From assembly GCA_029001845.1 (NCBI GenBank), contig JAREWP010000022.1, positions 33,678-97,677 of the forward strand: a DNA stretch of 64,000 bases. The letters are read 5' to 3'. The DNA is from Candidatus Magnetocorallium paracelense. GTDB taxonomy: Bacteria; Nitrospirota; Thermodesulfovibrionia; Thermodesulfovibrionales; Magnetobacteriaceae. The notes below the pieces were generated by a model. That model saw only the letters and a program-made list of their open reading frames with translations, searched no databases and was not told the DNA's origin. Position 1 is the stretch's first letter, and each line of letters opens with the position of its first letter. The position numbers and the translations under genes were made by a program. Shown piece by piece: positions 46,340-56,865 of the stretch.

Positions 46340-46654
46340 TCAATATCTCAACTGACGGCATCCGTTCAAAATGCAAAACCATCCTCTATAAATAGGTTTT
46401 AAATGCCTCTGTTTCAAATTCCTCCTCTGTTGTTGTCGTAATCCTGAGAATAGGTTTATCTGTTAAAAAGAAGTAAATATTCACAGTGTGAAATGAGAAT
46501 TTAAGTTACCTTTTTAAAATATTGGCAGATGAGCAAACATCTCAATATTAACTGTATATCCGTGATATGACTTTTTATAATAACAAATAATAATAACCGG
46601 TGTAAATTTAATTATGACTACTATGACTCATTCACATTGACAAAGATGGAAGAA

Positions 46655-46830
46655 GGAATTTCAAAGAAATTTCTTTACAGGTCTCCTCTCCCCTTGAGGG
46701 GAGAGGAGACAAGGTGAGGGGTGACGGTGGAGAAGCATAACCGTATCGAGTACCGCACCCCCTCACCCCAACCCTCTCCCCCTTCAAAGGGGGAGAGGGA
46801 GTAAGAGAAAAGTCGCTGCCTGAGGCAGCT
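46655..46830 (+). repeat. family A GC-rich multi-hairpin element, copy 4
   Basis: ggaatttcaaagaaatttc...gtctcctctccccttgaggggagaggagacaaggtgaggggtgacggtggagaagc...caccccctcaccccaaccctctcccccttcaaagggggagagggagt, plus the gctgcctgaggcagc hairpin. Confidence 0.9.
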
Positions 46831-46929
46831 TAACTTGCTATATTTATGTTATAATGTAAGGGATTTTCTTTTCCATTTATATACCTTTAAAACATATGGT
46901 ACAAATCCTGGCGTTTTTATTAAATAATT

Positions 46930-47077
46930 GTAACTATTTAAGTGTATAGACTGAAGGCTGAAACAAAAAATCAAATATCCTGAGTACGTCAGCCAATAAA
47001 AAACTTAATGTTTTATCGATAACACATGTTTTAACCTGACAGTCTTCAGCCTTCAGTCTATACATCTAAGCAGTTAC
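46930..47077. repeat. family H (ctgaagg)n hairpin, second copy
   Basis: Left arm gtaactatttaagtgtatagactgaaggctgaaac. Right arm agtcttcagccttcagtctatacatctaagcagttac. The arms are close inverted complements with a loop of about 75 nt. Confidence 0.85.
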
Positions 47078-47139
47078 CGATTTTTTATAATTCTATCTTA
47101 TAGAGATAAGTTTTTCACAAAATTTATTTGGAGGTTCAG

Positions 47140-49251
47140 ATGAGGCTGACGATACGAAAGAAATTTATTGCAGGTTTTTTTAGTATTTCTTTATTGGTTC
47201 TACTGTCCGGCGTTATAGGTATTATTGCGACAAGAGGAGTCACAGAGAGAGGTAAAGTAATCATTGATGAAACAATGCCTGTAAAGGATGTTTCCATGGA
47301 AGCGTTAATCGCTCTTGAAAAAGGAATTTCCGCAGGCAGAAAATATATTAATAATATCTACGAGCTTAATACCATTAAAGAGGATGTAAATGAGGCTCTT
47401 GGAGATTTTGATATGTTTATTTCCATGCTCAAATACGGTACTGAGTCAGAAAAGTTTAAAAATTCTTCTGCCGGTGCTATGTATATGAAAGATGAATTGG
47501 ATATTGTCGTACCTGAAGTAAAAGGAGTTATAAAAGATTTAGCAAACAAGACAGCTCAAAGATTTACGGTTTTCAAACAGGAAGCAGACAATCTCATAGA
47601 GATACATGACAAAAAAGTACGTTATTATTTTAACCATAATGGTTTGAATTACGATATAGTGCTTTTCCTTTATTTTATAGACACTGCTCAGCATGAGTGG
47701 ATGAATAAACTTGAAGAGATAACAACATACTATGCACTTGCATTTTCAGGTGAAACAGATCCGAGCAAAAGTGATTTTGGTATTTGGTATAATAACTTTA
47801 CAACAGACGACAATAAACTGAGCGGCATGCTTGAAAAGTATAATAAACTGAACATAAAGGCCCATGAACTGGCAAAGAAAATTAACTCACTCGATAATGA
47901 AGCAGACAGAAAAAAGGCTTTTAAGCGGGGAAAGAGAGTTATTTTTGTTAAAGGAAGTTATCTGCTCCATGAGATATTGGAGTATGTGACACCTCTTGTC
48001 AATGACCTGAATCTAAAAGAGCAAGCCGCATTGAAGGCTATGGAACTGTCATCGCAAGAGATAAGAGCGACTATAAACGATCTTATGTCGGCAATCGATA
48101 ATGAGATGTTGTCGGCAATTCAATCCTCAGAGGACTCGATGAACTCGGCAAATATTATACTGATTATTACGATTATTTTTGCCGTTGCTACTGCAATATT
48201 ACTTGGTTTGTTTTTAACCCGCTCAGTTATTGCGCCTCTGAATGAAGGTGTGCATCTTGCCGAAAAACTTGCTGACGGTGATCTGAACCTAAAAGCGGAT
48301 ATTAAAAATAACGACGAACTTGGAAATCTCCTTAACGGGATGAACGTTGTAGTAGATAACCTGAGGAAAATTATTGGCGAGATTAAAACTGCATCTGACG
48401 AGGTGGCTGAAAATTCAGAACAAACATCTGCTACAACAGGTCAACTCAAAGATGGAATAAATCAGCAGGTAATGCAATTGGAACAATCCGTTACCGCTAC
48501 TACTGAAATGTCTCAGACAATTGTAGATGTCGCTAAAAACGCTTCCGACGCTTCTGAAGCAGCCAAAGAGTCAGCCAAGGTTGCAGATGAGGGAAAAGCT
48601 GTTGTAGAACTCACAGTGACAGGCATTGTAAGCATTGCCGAAACAGTGAGGAGTTCATCGGAAATGATAGAAAAACTGAGCGAAAGCAGTAAGCAGATAG
48701 GGGATATTTTAAGTGTAATTAACGATATTGCCGATCAAACCAATCTTCTTGCATTAAATGCTGCAATAGAGGCAGCCAGGGCCGGGGAACAGGGGCGCGG
48801 GTTTGCCGTAGTGGCAGACGAAGTAAGAAAACTTGCAGAGAGAACAGGTACGGCGACAAATGAGATTTCCGATATGATTAAGAAAATTCAACAGGATACA
48901 GACTTGTCGGTGCAAAGCATGGAAGCAGGTCAGAGCAAGGCCGAAGAGGTTGTAAAACAGACGGAGTCAGCTAAATTTGCACTAGACAAAATAGTTCTTG
49001 CTTCAAACCGCTGTTTTGATATGGTTCAAATGATAGCTACTGCTATAGAGGAGCAATCTGCCGTTATAGAGGAGGTTTCATCGACGATGGAGAATATATC
49101 GGATATCTCAAAGAATTCAGGAGAAGGTATAAACAATATCGACAATGCAACAAAAGGTTTATCCGGCCTCTCTATGAATCTTAAAGATATTGTTTCATGG
49201 TTTAAGTTGGAGAACTCTTCATCGTCGGGATACCTTATAGGACGGGAATGA
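47140..49251 (+). CDS. methyl-accepting chemotaxis protein (large helical periplasmic domain, HAMP, MCP signal domain)
   Basis: About 703 aa from the ATG at 47140 (RBS ggagg 6-10 nt upstream). Two TM segments. HAMP: [19 protein letters not shown]. Signal domain: [41 protein letters not shown]. Confidence 0.9.
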   Translation: MRLTIRKKFIAGFFSISLLVLLSGVIGIIATRGVTERGKVIIDETMPVKDVSMEALIALEKGISAGRKYINNIYELNTIKEDVNEALGDFDMFISMLKYGTESEKFKNSSAGAMYMKDELDIVVPEVKGVIKDLANKTAQRFTVFKQEADNLIEIHDKKVRYYFNHNGLNYDIVLFLYFIDTAQHEWMNKLEEITTYYALAFSGETDPSKSDFGIWYNNFTTDDNKLSGMLEKYNKLNIKAHELAKKINSLDNEADRKKAFKRGKRVIFVKGSYLLHEILEYVTPLVNDLNLKEQAALKAMELSSQEIRATINDLMSAIDNEMLSAIQSSEDSMNSANIILIITIIFAVATAILLGLFLTRSVIAPLNEGVHLAEKLADGDLNLKADIKNNDELGNLLNGMNVVVDNLRKIIGEIKTASDEVAENSEQTSATTGQLKDGINQQVMQLEQSVTATTEMSQTIVDVAKNASDASEAAKESAKVADEGKAVVELTVTGIVSIAETVRSSSEMIEKLSESSKQIGDILSVINDIADQTNLLALNAAIEAARAGEQGRGFAVVADEVRKLAERTGTATNEISDMIKKIQQDTDLSVQSMEAGQSKAEEVVKQTESAKFALDKIVLASNRCFDMVQMIATAIEEQSAVIEEVSSTMENISDISKNSGEGINNIDNATKGLSGLSMNLKDIVSWFKLENSSSSGYLIGRE

Positions 49252-49297
49252 TTAAGGGAACTGATATTTCACCTAAGTACTTGTGGAGGGCAAAATT

Positions 49298-49531
49298 ATG
49301 AATACCGGTGATGACAACTCAATTAATTCAAAAGAAGTGCTTATTAAGACAGTAGACGGCGAGGTTTTAAAGGGGAAGTTAAATCTAAAGTTTGAGGAGA
49401 GGGTTTCCGATCTTTTTACTCAAGGGGAGGACTCATTTGTTATTCTCTTTGACGTCTCATATAAAGGAGGAAAGAATAAAACTCTCTTTATCAATAAGAG
49501 TAATATAATATTTGTAGAGCCTTTAGATTGA
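49298..49531 (+). CDS. small conserved-looking hypothetical protein downstream of the MCP
   Basis: 77 aa from the ATG at 49298 (RBS ggaggg 7 nt upstream). VLIKTVDGEVLKGKLNLKFEERVSDLFTQGEDSFVILFDV...LFINKSNIIFVEP looks beta-rich. No family assigned. Confidence 0.5.
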   Translation: MNTGDDNSINSKEVLIKTVDGEVLKGKLNLKFEERVSDLFTQGEDSFVILFDVSYKGGKNKTLFINKSNIIFVEPLD

Positions 49532-49648
49532 AGGGTAGGGGGTAGGTGCAATTTTTTTTAATAAAACATGAAAAAAAGCAAATATGTCAAGAAATTAAAA
49601 TAATTAAATGGTATTATCTCCTATAATTTAAATTAAAGGAGGTTTTTT

Positions 49649-49927
49649 ATGTTTAAAAGAAGTTTGTTTTTTTTGTTGTTCTTCTTATTAATCGTCTCAG
49701 TTGCCCTGGTCCAGGCGGAATCGGTTAATATCAACACCGCCGATGCAAAGACCCTGGAAAAACGAATCGACGGAGTTGGAAAAAAGAAAGCCGAGGCGAT
49801 TATAAAGTATCGAGAGGCAAATGGCCCCTTCAATACCGTCGAAGAATTAACAAAGGTGAAAGGATTCGGCAAGAAGTTATTGGAGAAGAACAGAGGAATA
49901 TTAACTGTAGGTACGACAGAGGAATAG
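49649..49927 (+). CDS. comEA: ComEA-family helix-hairpin-helix DNA-binding protein
   Basis: 92 aa, RBS aaggagg, signal peptide. VNINTADAKTLEKRIDGVGKKKAEAIIKYREANGPFNTVEELTKVKGFGKKLLEKN is the ComEA HhH signature. Confidence 0.85.
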   Translation: MFKRSLFFLLFFLLIVSVALVQAESVNINTADAKTLEKRIDGVGKKKAEAIIKYREANGPFNTVEELTKVKGFGKKLLEKNRGILTVGTTEE

Positions 49928-49948
49928 ATATTGCCGAATAACCAAATA

Positions 49949-49976
49949 AGCCGAGGCTGATTTTCGAGCCTCGGCT
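49949..49976. terminator. candidate bidirectional terminator between the convergent comEA and arsS-arsM genes
   Basis: Perfect 10-bp stem agccgaggct (49949-58) / agcctcggct (49967-76) with loop gattttcg. The flanking T/A tracts are modest. Confidence 0.5.
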
Positions 49977-50001
49977 CATCGATTTAGGTAGGGAGAGTTC
50001 C

Positions 50002-52026
50002 TTAGCAGCAGGAAGAGCCTGACGAGCTGTTTCCGCTACTGTCTTGTGGGTTATTTTCGACGTTTGAGCAATCTTTAAACTCGCCGAAATGCTCATTAAA
50101 CGAACCTGTAACTTCAAAAAAATCTTTATACCTTGTTTTCGAAAGCATTAGGGCTGTATTACCGCAGACTTTTTCAGGCTTACCTTTATAAAAGAGATGG
50201 GATTCGTCAAGTTGAAAACTGAATGGCGATTCCGGAAGACCTCCTTTATATATGGCGATATGACCGTAATCCTCACAGGCGTCTTCAAGCCCTTTAAGTT
50301 TCCAAAGTCTGTAAGTGGCTGAATAGAACCTGATATTCCCTGTGAGCTTTAATATCTCATTGTTTGTTATTCTTACTTCTCTTAACGAGATTATCCTTGG
50401 ATCGATAAAACCAGTTTTTCTGCACAACCTCTTAAAATCTCCAAAATAAAGTGCTCCTCCCAGACACTCGGAATATAACAGAGGATTGTTCCTGATTTCA
50501 TCTCCGGCTCTCCTGTCTGTGTAAATGTCTGAAAAATAAAACTCCCCGCCATATTTCAGTGTATCGTATATTTGCCTGAATACAGGTTCTTTGTCTTCCG
50601 CCAGATTTAAGACACAGTTGGATATCGTTACATCTATAGATTCGCTTTCAAAGTGCTGCCCGATATTTTCCATATAATCCATTATAAAAGATATATTGGG
50701 CTTTTTATAGCCGAACCTCTCTGTTTGAGACTTTATACGGCTTTTGGCCAGATTAAGCTGGTTTTCAGTCATATCCAATCCACAGACAAAACCTTTCGGT
50801 CCTGTCAGTTTTGAAATGATATATGCATCTCTTCCGGTGCCGCAACCTATGTCAAGAACTTTTAAGCCGTTAAGATGTGTTGGAATCGGTGAGCCGCAGC
50901 CGTAATACTTCATTAGAATTTCATCGTCTATCAAAGGAATGATATCCTTAATATATTCCGGTATTTCGTTTATATTGCAACAGGCTTCACTTTTGAGATC
51001 AGAAGTCTTTTTCAGCTCCTCGCCATAATAGTATTTTACCTTTCCTTTAACGTCAAATTCCCTGACACTCTTTTCCGTGACAAACTCTTTTGTTATCAAT
51101 TCACCGTGACAACTACTTCCCAGGTTAGCAGTGCAAGCAAAGCAGTGGTCGTCAAATGAAATGGCAGAGGAAAGACTGTCTATATCGATCTCCCAAAAAA
51201 ACTTGTTATCATACCCCTGTATTTTTCGGTTGGCAGCCAGGTTAAAGTCACAATCATATATGTATCCCTGATAATCTATGGATAAGAGATGCCTGCACAT
51301 AATGTTGTTGAGAGTTGACGGGTTATAGGATTTCTTCAATAATTCCATATAGGTGTTCAGTCTGCCTCTGTTTTTTAAAAGGTTTTTGAACTTTCCAAGA
51401 GGAGAGTTAACCATTGTGATTAATCTGTTAAAGAAGATGTTGTGCTTTGCAGAAAGGATGTCCTTGAACTGTGTTTCCAATTGTCCGTGATCGGGAGGTA
51501 AGTAATCGGAGGAGGGATTGTAAACCAAATCCAGTTCCAATCCGTTTGTTCCGTATCCGATGTCGTTAAGTCGTTTAAGAACTTTCAGAGTAGCAGAAAA
51601 GGCGCCATCGCCTCTTTGCCTGTCCACTGAGTCCTGAAAAACGGCGGGCAGGGATGAGATCAGTTTTACATTGAAATCTTTAAAAAGATCGATATAAAAT
51701 GAATAGCGATCGTGAGAGAGTACTGTCAGATTAGTTCTGACTGCTAAGGCTTTGTCCGTTAAAGAGAGCTCTTCTAAAAAAAATTTGAGATTTGGATTTA
51801 GTTCGGGAGTCCCGCCGGTAAACTCTACATTCGATACAGGCATTCGCTTTAAAGATTCAACGATCTTTTCAGCGGTTTCCAGGGACATATTTTTAGTACC
51901 ACGCGGCGATGCCGATATATGGCAGTGGTTGCATTTTTGATTGCACTTATTGCCCAGGTTGATTTGAATAACTTCTATTCTTCTTTTTTCAATAGGCGTT
52001 TCAGGCGGAAAATTGTTATCAAGCAT
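50002..52026 (-). CDS. fusion protein: ArsS-type radical SAM/Cys-rich enzyme (N-terminal) plus ArsM-type As(III) S-adenosylmethionine methyltransferase (C-terminal)
   Basis: 674 aa. N-terminal half: IQINLGNKCNQKCNHCHISASP...FTGGTPELNP...RTNLTVL and CFACTANLGSSCHG (ArsS / TIGR04167-like). C-terminal half: VKYYYGEELKKTSDLKSEACC...YYGCGSPIP...VLDIGCGTGRDAYIISKL...ISNCVLNL...YSECLGGALY. This is the ArsM signature, including the four As-binding Cys positions. Confidence 0.85.
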   Translation of the reverse strand: MLDNNFPPETPIEKRRIEVIQINLGNKCNQKCNHCHISASPRGTKNMSLETAEKIVESLKRMPVSNVEFTGGTPELNPNLKFFLEELSLTDKALAVRTNLTVLSHDRYSFYIDLFKDFNVKLISSLPAVFQDSVDRQRGDGAFSATLKVLKRLNDIGYGTNGLELDLVYNPSSDYLPPDHGQLETQFKDILSAKHNIFFNRLITMVNSPLGKFKNLLKNRGRLNTYMELLKKSYNPSTLNNIMCRHLLSIDYQGYIYDCDFNLAANRKIQGYDNKFFWEIDIDSLSSAISFDDHCFACTANLGSSCHGELITKEFVTEKSVREFDVKGKVKYYYGEELKKTSDLKSEACCNINEIPEYIKDIIPLIDDEILMKYYGCGSPIPTHLNGLKVLDIGCGTGRDAYIISKLTGPKGFVCGLDMTENQLNLAKSRIKSQTERFGYKKPNISFIMDYMENIGQHFESESIDVTISNCVLNLAEDKEPVFRQIYDTLKYGGEFYFSDIYTDRRAGDEIRNNPLLYSECLGGALYFGDFKRLCRKTGFIDPRIISLREVRITNNEILKLTGNIRFYSATYRLWKLKGLEDACEDYGHIAIYKGGLPESPFSFQLDESHLFYKGKPEKVCGNTALMLSKTRYKDFFEVTGSFNEHFGEFKDCSNVENNPQDSSGNSSSGSSCC

Positions 52027-52038
52027 AAATAGAGATGT

Positions 52039-52320
52039 TTATAATTTATTTCCAGAGGCTTTGTTTCTTGTACGCTTTTGTGCGAAATAGACCTCATAAT
52101 CCTCCTTTGTATTGAATACGTGACACAATCTCTGGTTAGCATGTATAGCCACTATGTCTTTCCACTGATGCTCTCTGTCAGCTACTGATGAAACGACTTC
52201 AGCATAAATGGAGCTTCCATGACGATTATGCGTATTGCTAACAAGAAAGAGACCTTCTTCCAACTCCATGAGAAATTTCTTTGTCAGTAATGTTGTTTTA
52301 ATGGGGCTGAGTTCTTGCAT
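52039..52320 (-). CDS. hypothetical protein
   Basis: 93 aa ORF ending 12 bp upstream of the arsS-arsM fusion on the same strand. No family recognised. Confidence 0.45.
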   Translation of the reverse strand: MQELSPIKTTLLTKKFLMELEEGLFLVSNTHNRHGSSIYAEVVSSVADREHQWKDIVAIHANQRLCHVFNTKEDYEVYFAQKRTRNKASGNKL

Positions 52321-52702
52321 GAGCTACCTTTCCTGAGATTATTTTGAGTGCCTATTATAACCTAAATTAAAAGAATAATTTAACAAAAAAATCCTTCAAA
52401 AAACAAGATATATTATTATTTTACATAATATATCTTATCGGTCGTTTAATTTTAACACGAATTGTTGGTAATTTGTTAATTCTTTGTTGTTAACGTCCTC
52501 CTGAGACAGAAAAAACGGTGATGTAACGTATATGATTAAGAAGTAGTCAAAATAATTATCTATAAAAAATAAAGGGTTATCCATCTAGATTAGGAGTTAT
52601 TGAAAATGTTGGCAGGTTAGGAATAAAAACAGAGAAAGCACTGAATGAAACATAATGTAAGTCATTGAAATTAAAGGTAAAAATGATTGTAAAGGAGTTT
52701 AT

Positions 52703-53995
52703 TCACAGCACAGAACCTTCCAAAGAATGCTTTAAAGAGCGCGTTATTTCGGCATTAAGCACGGTCCCTTCGATTAATGGTTTTTTATATGAAGATATAG
52801 TAACGATCTTATTGGTTCTTGTACGACCTATACATACAGAGCCGCCGGACTCTTCAATTAACAATTCCACTGTTTTTCCTTGCAGCTCTTTGTTCTTCGC
52901 TTCAGTAATAACGTCCTGAACTGCCAGAATCTCTGCGAGCCTTTCTGATTTGATATCTTCATCCACCTGAGTATTCATGGCCGAAGCAGCTGTATTTGGT
53001 CTCGGAGAATATTTAAAAGCAAAAATCCCATCAAATTCAATTTCCTTTAGTGCTTTGACAGTAGCCTGATGGTCGTCAGAGGTTTCAGAGGGAAATCCTG
53101 TAATTATGTCAGTCGTAATCGACAGATGAGGTATCGATTTGCAAAGCCTGTTTACTTTATCCAGATACTCCGAATAAGTATACTTCCTGTTCATTAAGTT
53201 CAAAATCCTCGATGAGCCCGATTGAAGAGGAAGATGTATGTGTTCGCAGACTTTGCCGGTTTCCGTAACAGCATCAATAAGTTCGTCGTTAAAGTCTTTT
53301 GGATGGGAAGTAATGAACCTGATACGCTCAAGTCCGGGAATTTTATCTAAATGTTTCAGCAATTCCGGAAAAGAGCACTCTCCACGATAGGAATTGACAT
53401 TTTGTCCAAGAAGTGTAACCTCTTTATAGCCATCTTCGGCAAGCGCTGTTGCTTCGGAAAGGATTTTGTTTAGAGACCTTGATTTCTCTCTTCCTCTGGT
53501 ATAAGGCACTATGCAGTAGCTGCAATAGTTATTACAGCCATACATTATATTGATAAGCGCCTTTACTCTTCCGTTTCTCTCGACAGCAATTTTATTCGAT
53601 TCAAAAATGTTGTTCTCTTCCAGGGCTGTTACAGGAAAAGGGCTGTCTAAAAGGCTGCTTAATTTCGAAATATTCCGAGGACCAATCAGAGCATCAAGAT
53701 AAGGTCTGCCGTTAAAAAGGTTTTTACCTTCCTGCTGTGCGATGCATCCGGCAACGACAATTTTTATATCCGGTCTTTTCCTTTTAATTACATTCACCCT
53801 GCCAAGGTGGCTGTAAAATTTCTGTTCGGCCTTTTGCCTGATACTACATGTATTGTATATTATAAGATCGGCTTCTTCAGGATTTCCCGCCCTTTCGTAG
53901 CCCTCCCCTTTCAATATTCCCGCCATCTTTTCGGAATCATGGGCATTCATTTGGCAGCCGAATGTGTGGAGGTAGTATTGCTTTTTTTCTTTCAT
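52703..53995 (-). CDS. miaB: tRNA-i6A37 methylthiotransferase MiaB
   Basis: 430 aa. YLHTFGCQMNAHDSEKMAGIL (UPF0004), radical-SAM CNNYCSYCIVPYTRG, and a C-terminal TRAM domain. Confidence 0.92.
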   Translation of the reverse strand: MKEKKQYYLHTFGCQMNAHDSEKMAGILKGEGYERAGNPEEADLIIYNTCSIRQKAEQKFYSHLGRVNVIKRKRPDIKIVVAGCIAQQEGKNLFNGRPYLDALIGPRNISKLSSLLDSPFPVTALEENNIFESNKIAVERNGRVKALINIMYGCNNYCSYCIVPYTRGREKSRSLNKILSEATALAEDGYKEVTLLGQNVNSYRGECSFPELLKHLDKIPGLERIRFITSHPKDFNDELIDAVTETGKVCEHIHLPLQSGSSRILNLMNRKYTYSEYLDKVNRLCKSIPHLSITTDIITGFPSETSDDHQATVKALKEIEFDGIFAFKYSPRPNTAASAMNTQVDEDIKSERLAEILAVQDVITEAKNKELQGKTVELLIEESGGSVCIGRTRTNKIVTISSYKKPLIEGTVLNAEITRSLKHSLEGSVL

Positions 53996-54074
53996 GACAA
54001 CGAAAGAATATCGTTATTCCCGCTAAAAGGACTGTGGAATAACGATATCTCAATCTTAAAGCGACATTTAATAA

Positions 54075-55298
54075 TTACAATGTTTGATGCTCACCTAACA
54101 TTCGTTTCTTAGGTAAAATTCCAATACCTGAAACATCTATATGGAGCTTGAACTTGTCATCTTCTGTATTAAAACCAAGCTTTTCGCCAACTTCTATAAC
54201 ATTGTTTTTGTCGACAATCACTTTATTGAGTTTACTGTCACTTTTTATATGTACATCGTCAAGGATTATAGAGTCATTAATCTCCACTCCCTCTTCAATA
54301 TCGACGCCGCTCCTTATAATGGAATTTTTTATTGTGGCGTAGTTTATTCTGACGCCATCAGTGACAGTGCTGTTAATAATCGTGCCTCCTATTATCTTTG
54401 CAGAGGGGACACGAGATAAAGCCGGATGGATAGGCCATAAATGATTATATAGATCAAAAAGCGGCTCAGGACCAAGAATCTCCATATGGGCTTTCCAATA
54501 TGCATCAATCGTTCCTACGTCTCTCCAATATCCAACTTCTTCATAAGGTTTTAGCCCGGGAATTTTGTTCATGGAAAAATCATAGGCAAAGAGTCGAGTC
54601 TTATTTACCATATTTGGCAGTATATAACCTCCGAAATCGTGCTCATTATTTTTTTGTGCATCTGCAAGTGCGTTTAAAAGTACATCTGCGTTAAATATGT
54701 AATTACCCATTGATGCGTATGCTTTATCAGGATCATTTGGCATGTGAGAAGGATTTTTCGGCTTTTCTTCAAATCTTTCGATCACTCCGTTTTTGTTCGT
54801 TTTGATCACTCCAAAAGCCGTGGCTTCCGCAAGAGGAACAGGTCTGGCTGCAACAGTGACATCCGCATTATTTTGAAGGTGAAATTCCAGCATCTGACGT
54901 AAATTCATACGATAAATATGGTCAGCACCAAAAACAACGACATGTGTCGGATTATGTTGTTTAATAAGATTTATATTCTGATATACAGCATCGGCGGTTC
55001 CCTGAAACCACTCTGTACCTTTTAGCATCTGTGGTGGAACAACGGTTATAAACTGATCTCTGGATACGGAATTTTGAGCCCAGTTTTCCTGAATATGCTT
55101 AATCATAGATTGCGACTTGTACTGAACGAGGAGATAAATGGAAAACATTTCGGAATTGATAATATTACTCAAGACAAAATCGATTATTCGGAATCTTCCG
55201 GCAAAGGGCACTGCCGGTTTGGAACGTTCAGCTGTTAAAGGAAAAAGTCTCCTGCCTTCACCTCCGGCAAGAACAAGCACCAAAATTTTTTCACGCAT
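54075..55298 (-). CDS. glgC: glucose-1-phosphate adenylyltransferase
   Basis: 407 aa. [47 protein letters not shown], and a C-terminal left-handed beta-helix. Confidence 0.95.
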   Translation of the reverse strand: MREKILVLVLAGGEGRRLFPLTAERSKPAVPFAGRFRIIDFVLSNIINSEMFSIYLLVQYKSQSMIKHIQENWAQNSVSRDQFITVVPPQMLKGTEWFQGTADAVYQNINLIKQHNPTHVVVFGADHIYRMNLRQMLEFHLQNNADVTVAARPVPLAEATAFGVIKTNKNGVIERFEEKPKNPSHMPNDPDKAYASMGNYIFNADVLLNALADAQKNNEHDFGGYILPNMVNKTRLFAYDFSMNKIPGLKPYEEVGYWRDVGTIDAYWKAHMEILGPEPLFDLYNHLWPIHPALSRVPSAKIIGGTIINSTVTDGVRINYATIKNSIIRSGVDIEEGVEINDSIILDDVHIKSDSKLNKVIVDKNNVIEVGEKLGFNTEDDKFKLHIDVSGIGILPKKRMLGEHQTL

Positions 55299-55776
55299 AA
55301 AAAAACCTCCTTATTGAGTAAATCGGATTTTTGTATAAAAATAAATAACTATCATGCCCCTATTCTCATATTGTTATTATAAGAATTCTAAATTATAACA
55401 TAAAAACATCCTAAAATATTTGATGCAAAAGAGATTGACCTCTAAATCCCTGTTATTTTACCACAAGATAGATAATTCTATGAAATCAATAAGTTATAAA
55501 TTAAAAGTTAAATAATAACTTTAATTATTCCGCTTATGCTAAAGTAAAACATAATATTTGTTTATTGTGCTGCACGATGTACTCTCAGAATTAACATTCT
55601 TTTACTGTTATGCAGAGGTCTTGTTTTTTTTTTATTTAATATGTTATTTTTTAAGCCATTTTAAAACATTTGTATAGAAGTTCTGTAAATTATCTCTGTA
55701 AATTATCTGTTAATTAAAGCATCAACCTGATTTTACATTGTAACTGTCTTAGCAAACAATATAAAGGAGTGTGTTT

Positions 55777-56490
55777 ATGAAGAGACTTTTATTTTTTTTT
55801 ATACTGATATTAACGGCTTTTGCTTTTGCCTGTAGTCAGGACAACAGCCCTGATAACGTAAAAAGGAGCGATTTAAACGAAGAAAGGGCCAGGCTGAGTT
55901 ACGCCCTTGGTCTCGATATTGGCAAGCGATTTAAGTACGACTCTGTAGATCTTGATACAACAATTTTTACTAAAGGTTTCACCGATGGTATGACTTCGGA
56001 TACCCATCTTTTAAACGAGCAGGAACTAATGGTTGTTTTATCGCACTTTAAAAAACAGACAATAGAAAAGCAAATGAAAAAGACAAAAGAGGTCGCAGAA
56101 GGAAATAAACGCGCCGGTGCGGATTTTCTTGAAAACAATAAAAAAGAAGATGGCGTCGTGATATTGGAAAGTGGTTTGCAATATAAGATAATAGAAGAAG
56201 GAAGCGGAGAAAAACCAAAGGAAACAGATACCGTTATAGTTCATTACAGCGGAAAACTTATAAACGGTCAGGAGTTTGACAGCTCTTATGCAACAGGCAA
56301 GCCTGCCACAATTCCGGTGAACGGCCTGATTTCAGGATGGTCTGAAGCGTTACAACGGATGAACAAAGGAGCTAAGTGGAAGATATTTATACCTTCTCAC
56401 CTTGGATATGGAGATATCGGTGCCGGCAATGTGCCTCCCGGTTCTACAATAATTTTCGATATTGAGCTTATTGACATTCAGAAGAGCTAA
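55777..56490 (+). CDS. FKBP-type peptidyl-prolyl isomerase lipoprotein (FkpA/Mip-like)
   Basis: 237 aa from the ATG at 55777 (RBS aaggag). Lipobox AFAFACS. N-terminal dimerisation helix region. FKBP core: VHYSGKLINGQEFDSSY...GWSEALQRMNKGAKWKIFIPSHLGYG. Confidence 0.92.
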   Translation: MKRLLFFFILILTAFAFACSQDNSPDNVKRSDLNEERARLSYALGLDIGKRFKYDSVDLDTTIFTKGFTDGMTSDTHLLNEQELMVVLSHFKKQTIEKQMKKTKEVAEGNKRAGADFLENNKKEDGVVILESGLQYKIIEEGSGEKPKETDTVIVHYSGKLINGQEFDSSYATGKPATIPVNGLISGWSEALQRMNKGAKWKIFIPSHLGYGDIGAGNVPPGSTIIFDIELIDIQKS

Positions 56491-56574
56491 AATATCTGCT
56501 TACAGCAATTCTCCGTGCCCTGAAGTCAGACAAAAAGCTTTTTAACCTGCAATCTATAAACAGATTTTATGCGT

Positions 56575-56608
56575 CTCCTCTTTATCCATAAGAGGAGCGT
56601 TATTTTTA
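56575..56608 (+). terminator. candidate intrinsic terminator after the FKBP gene
   Basis: Stem ctcctctt (56575-82) / aagaggag (56590-97), loop tatccat, followed by cgttattttta. Confidence 0.55.
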
Positions 56609-56685
56609 TATTTATTCTGTTGTTACTACATTTGTTTTTCTGATTTTACCTGCCTTTTTTACAATAATATAATCAGTCTAATTAA

Positions 56686-56806
56686 CGTTCGAATTCAAAC
56701 GAAATAAAGCCTCATTCTAAATCCGTGTTCGGTAAACCGGCGGGCTACGCAGGCTAAAGCCTGCGCCTACATTTAAAGACTTCCGCCGAAGGACGTTAAT
56801 TTGAGC
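56686..56806. repeat. family B-like palindrome (distant relative)
   Basis: ttaacgttcg...ccggcgggctacgcaggctaaagcctgcgcctac...cttccgccgaaggacgttaat. It shares the outer ttaac / gttaa arms and an inner GC-rich hairpin, the same design as family B. Confidence 0.5.
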
Positions 56807-56828
56807 CGTGAGTTATTGTAATTCAAAA

Positions 56829-56858
56829 GCTGATAGCTGACTGCTAAATGCTATTTTT
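56829..56858. repeat. family I half copy
   Basis: gctgatagctgactgctaaatgctatttttt matches the reverse complement of the left arm at 3917-3947 and the right arm at 4034-4056. Confidence 0.75.
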
Positions 56859-56865
56859 TATTTAT

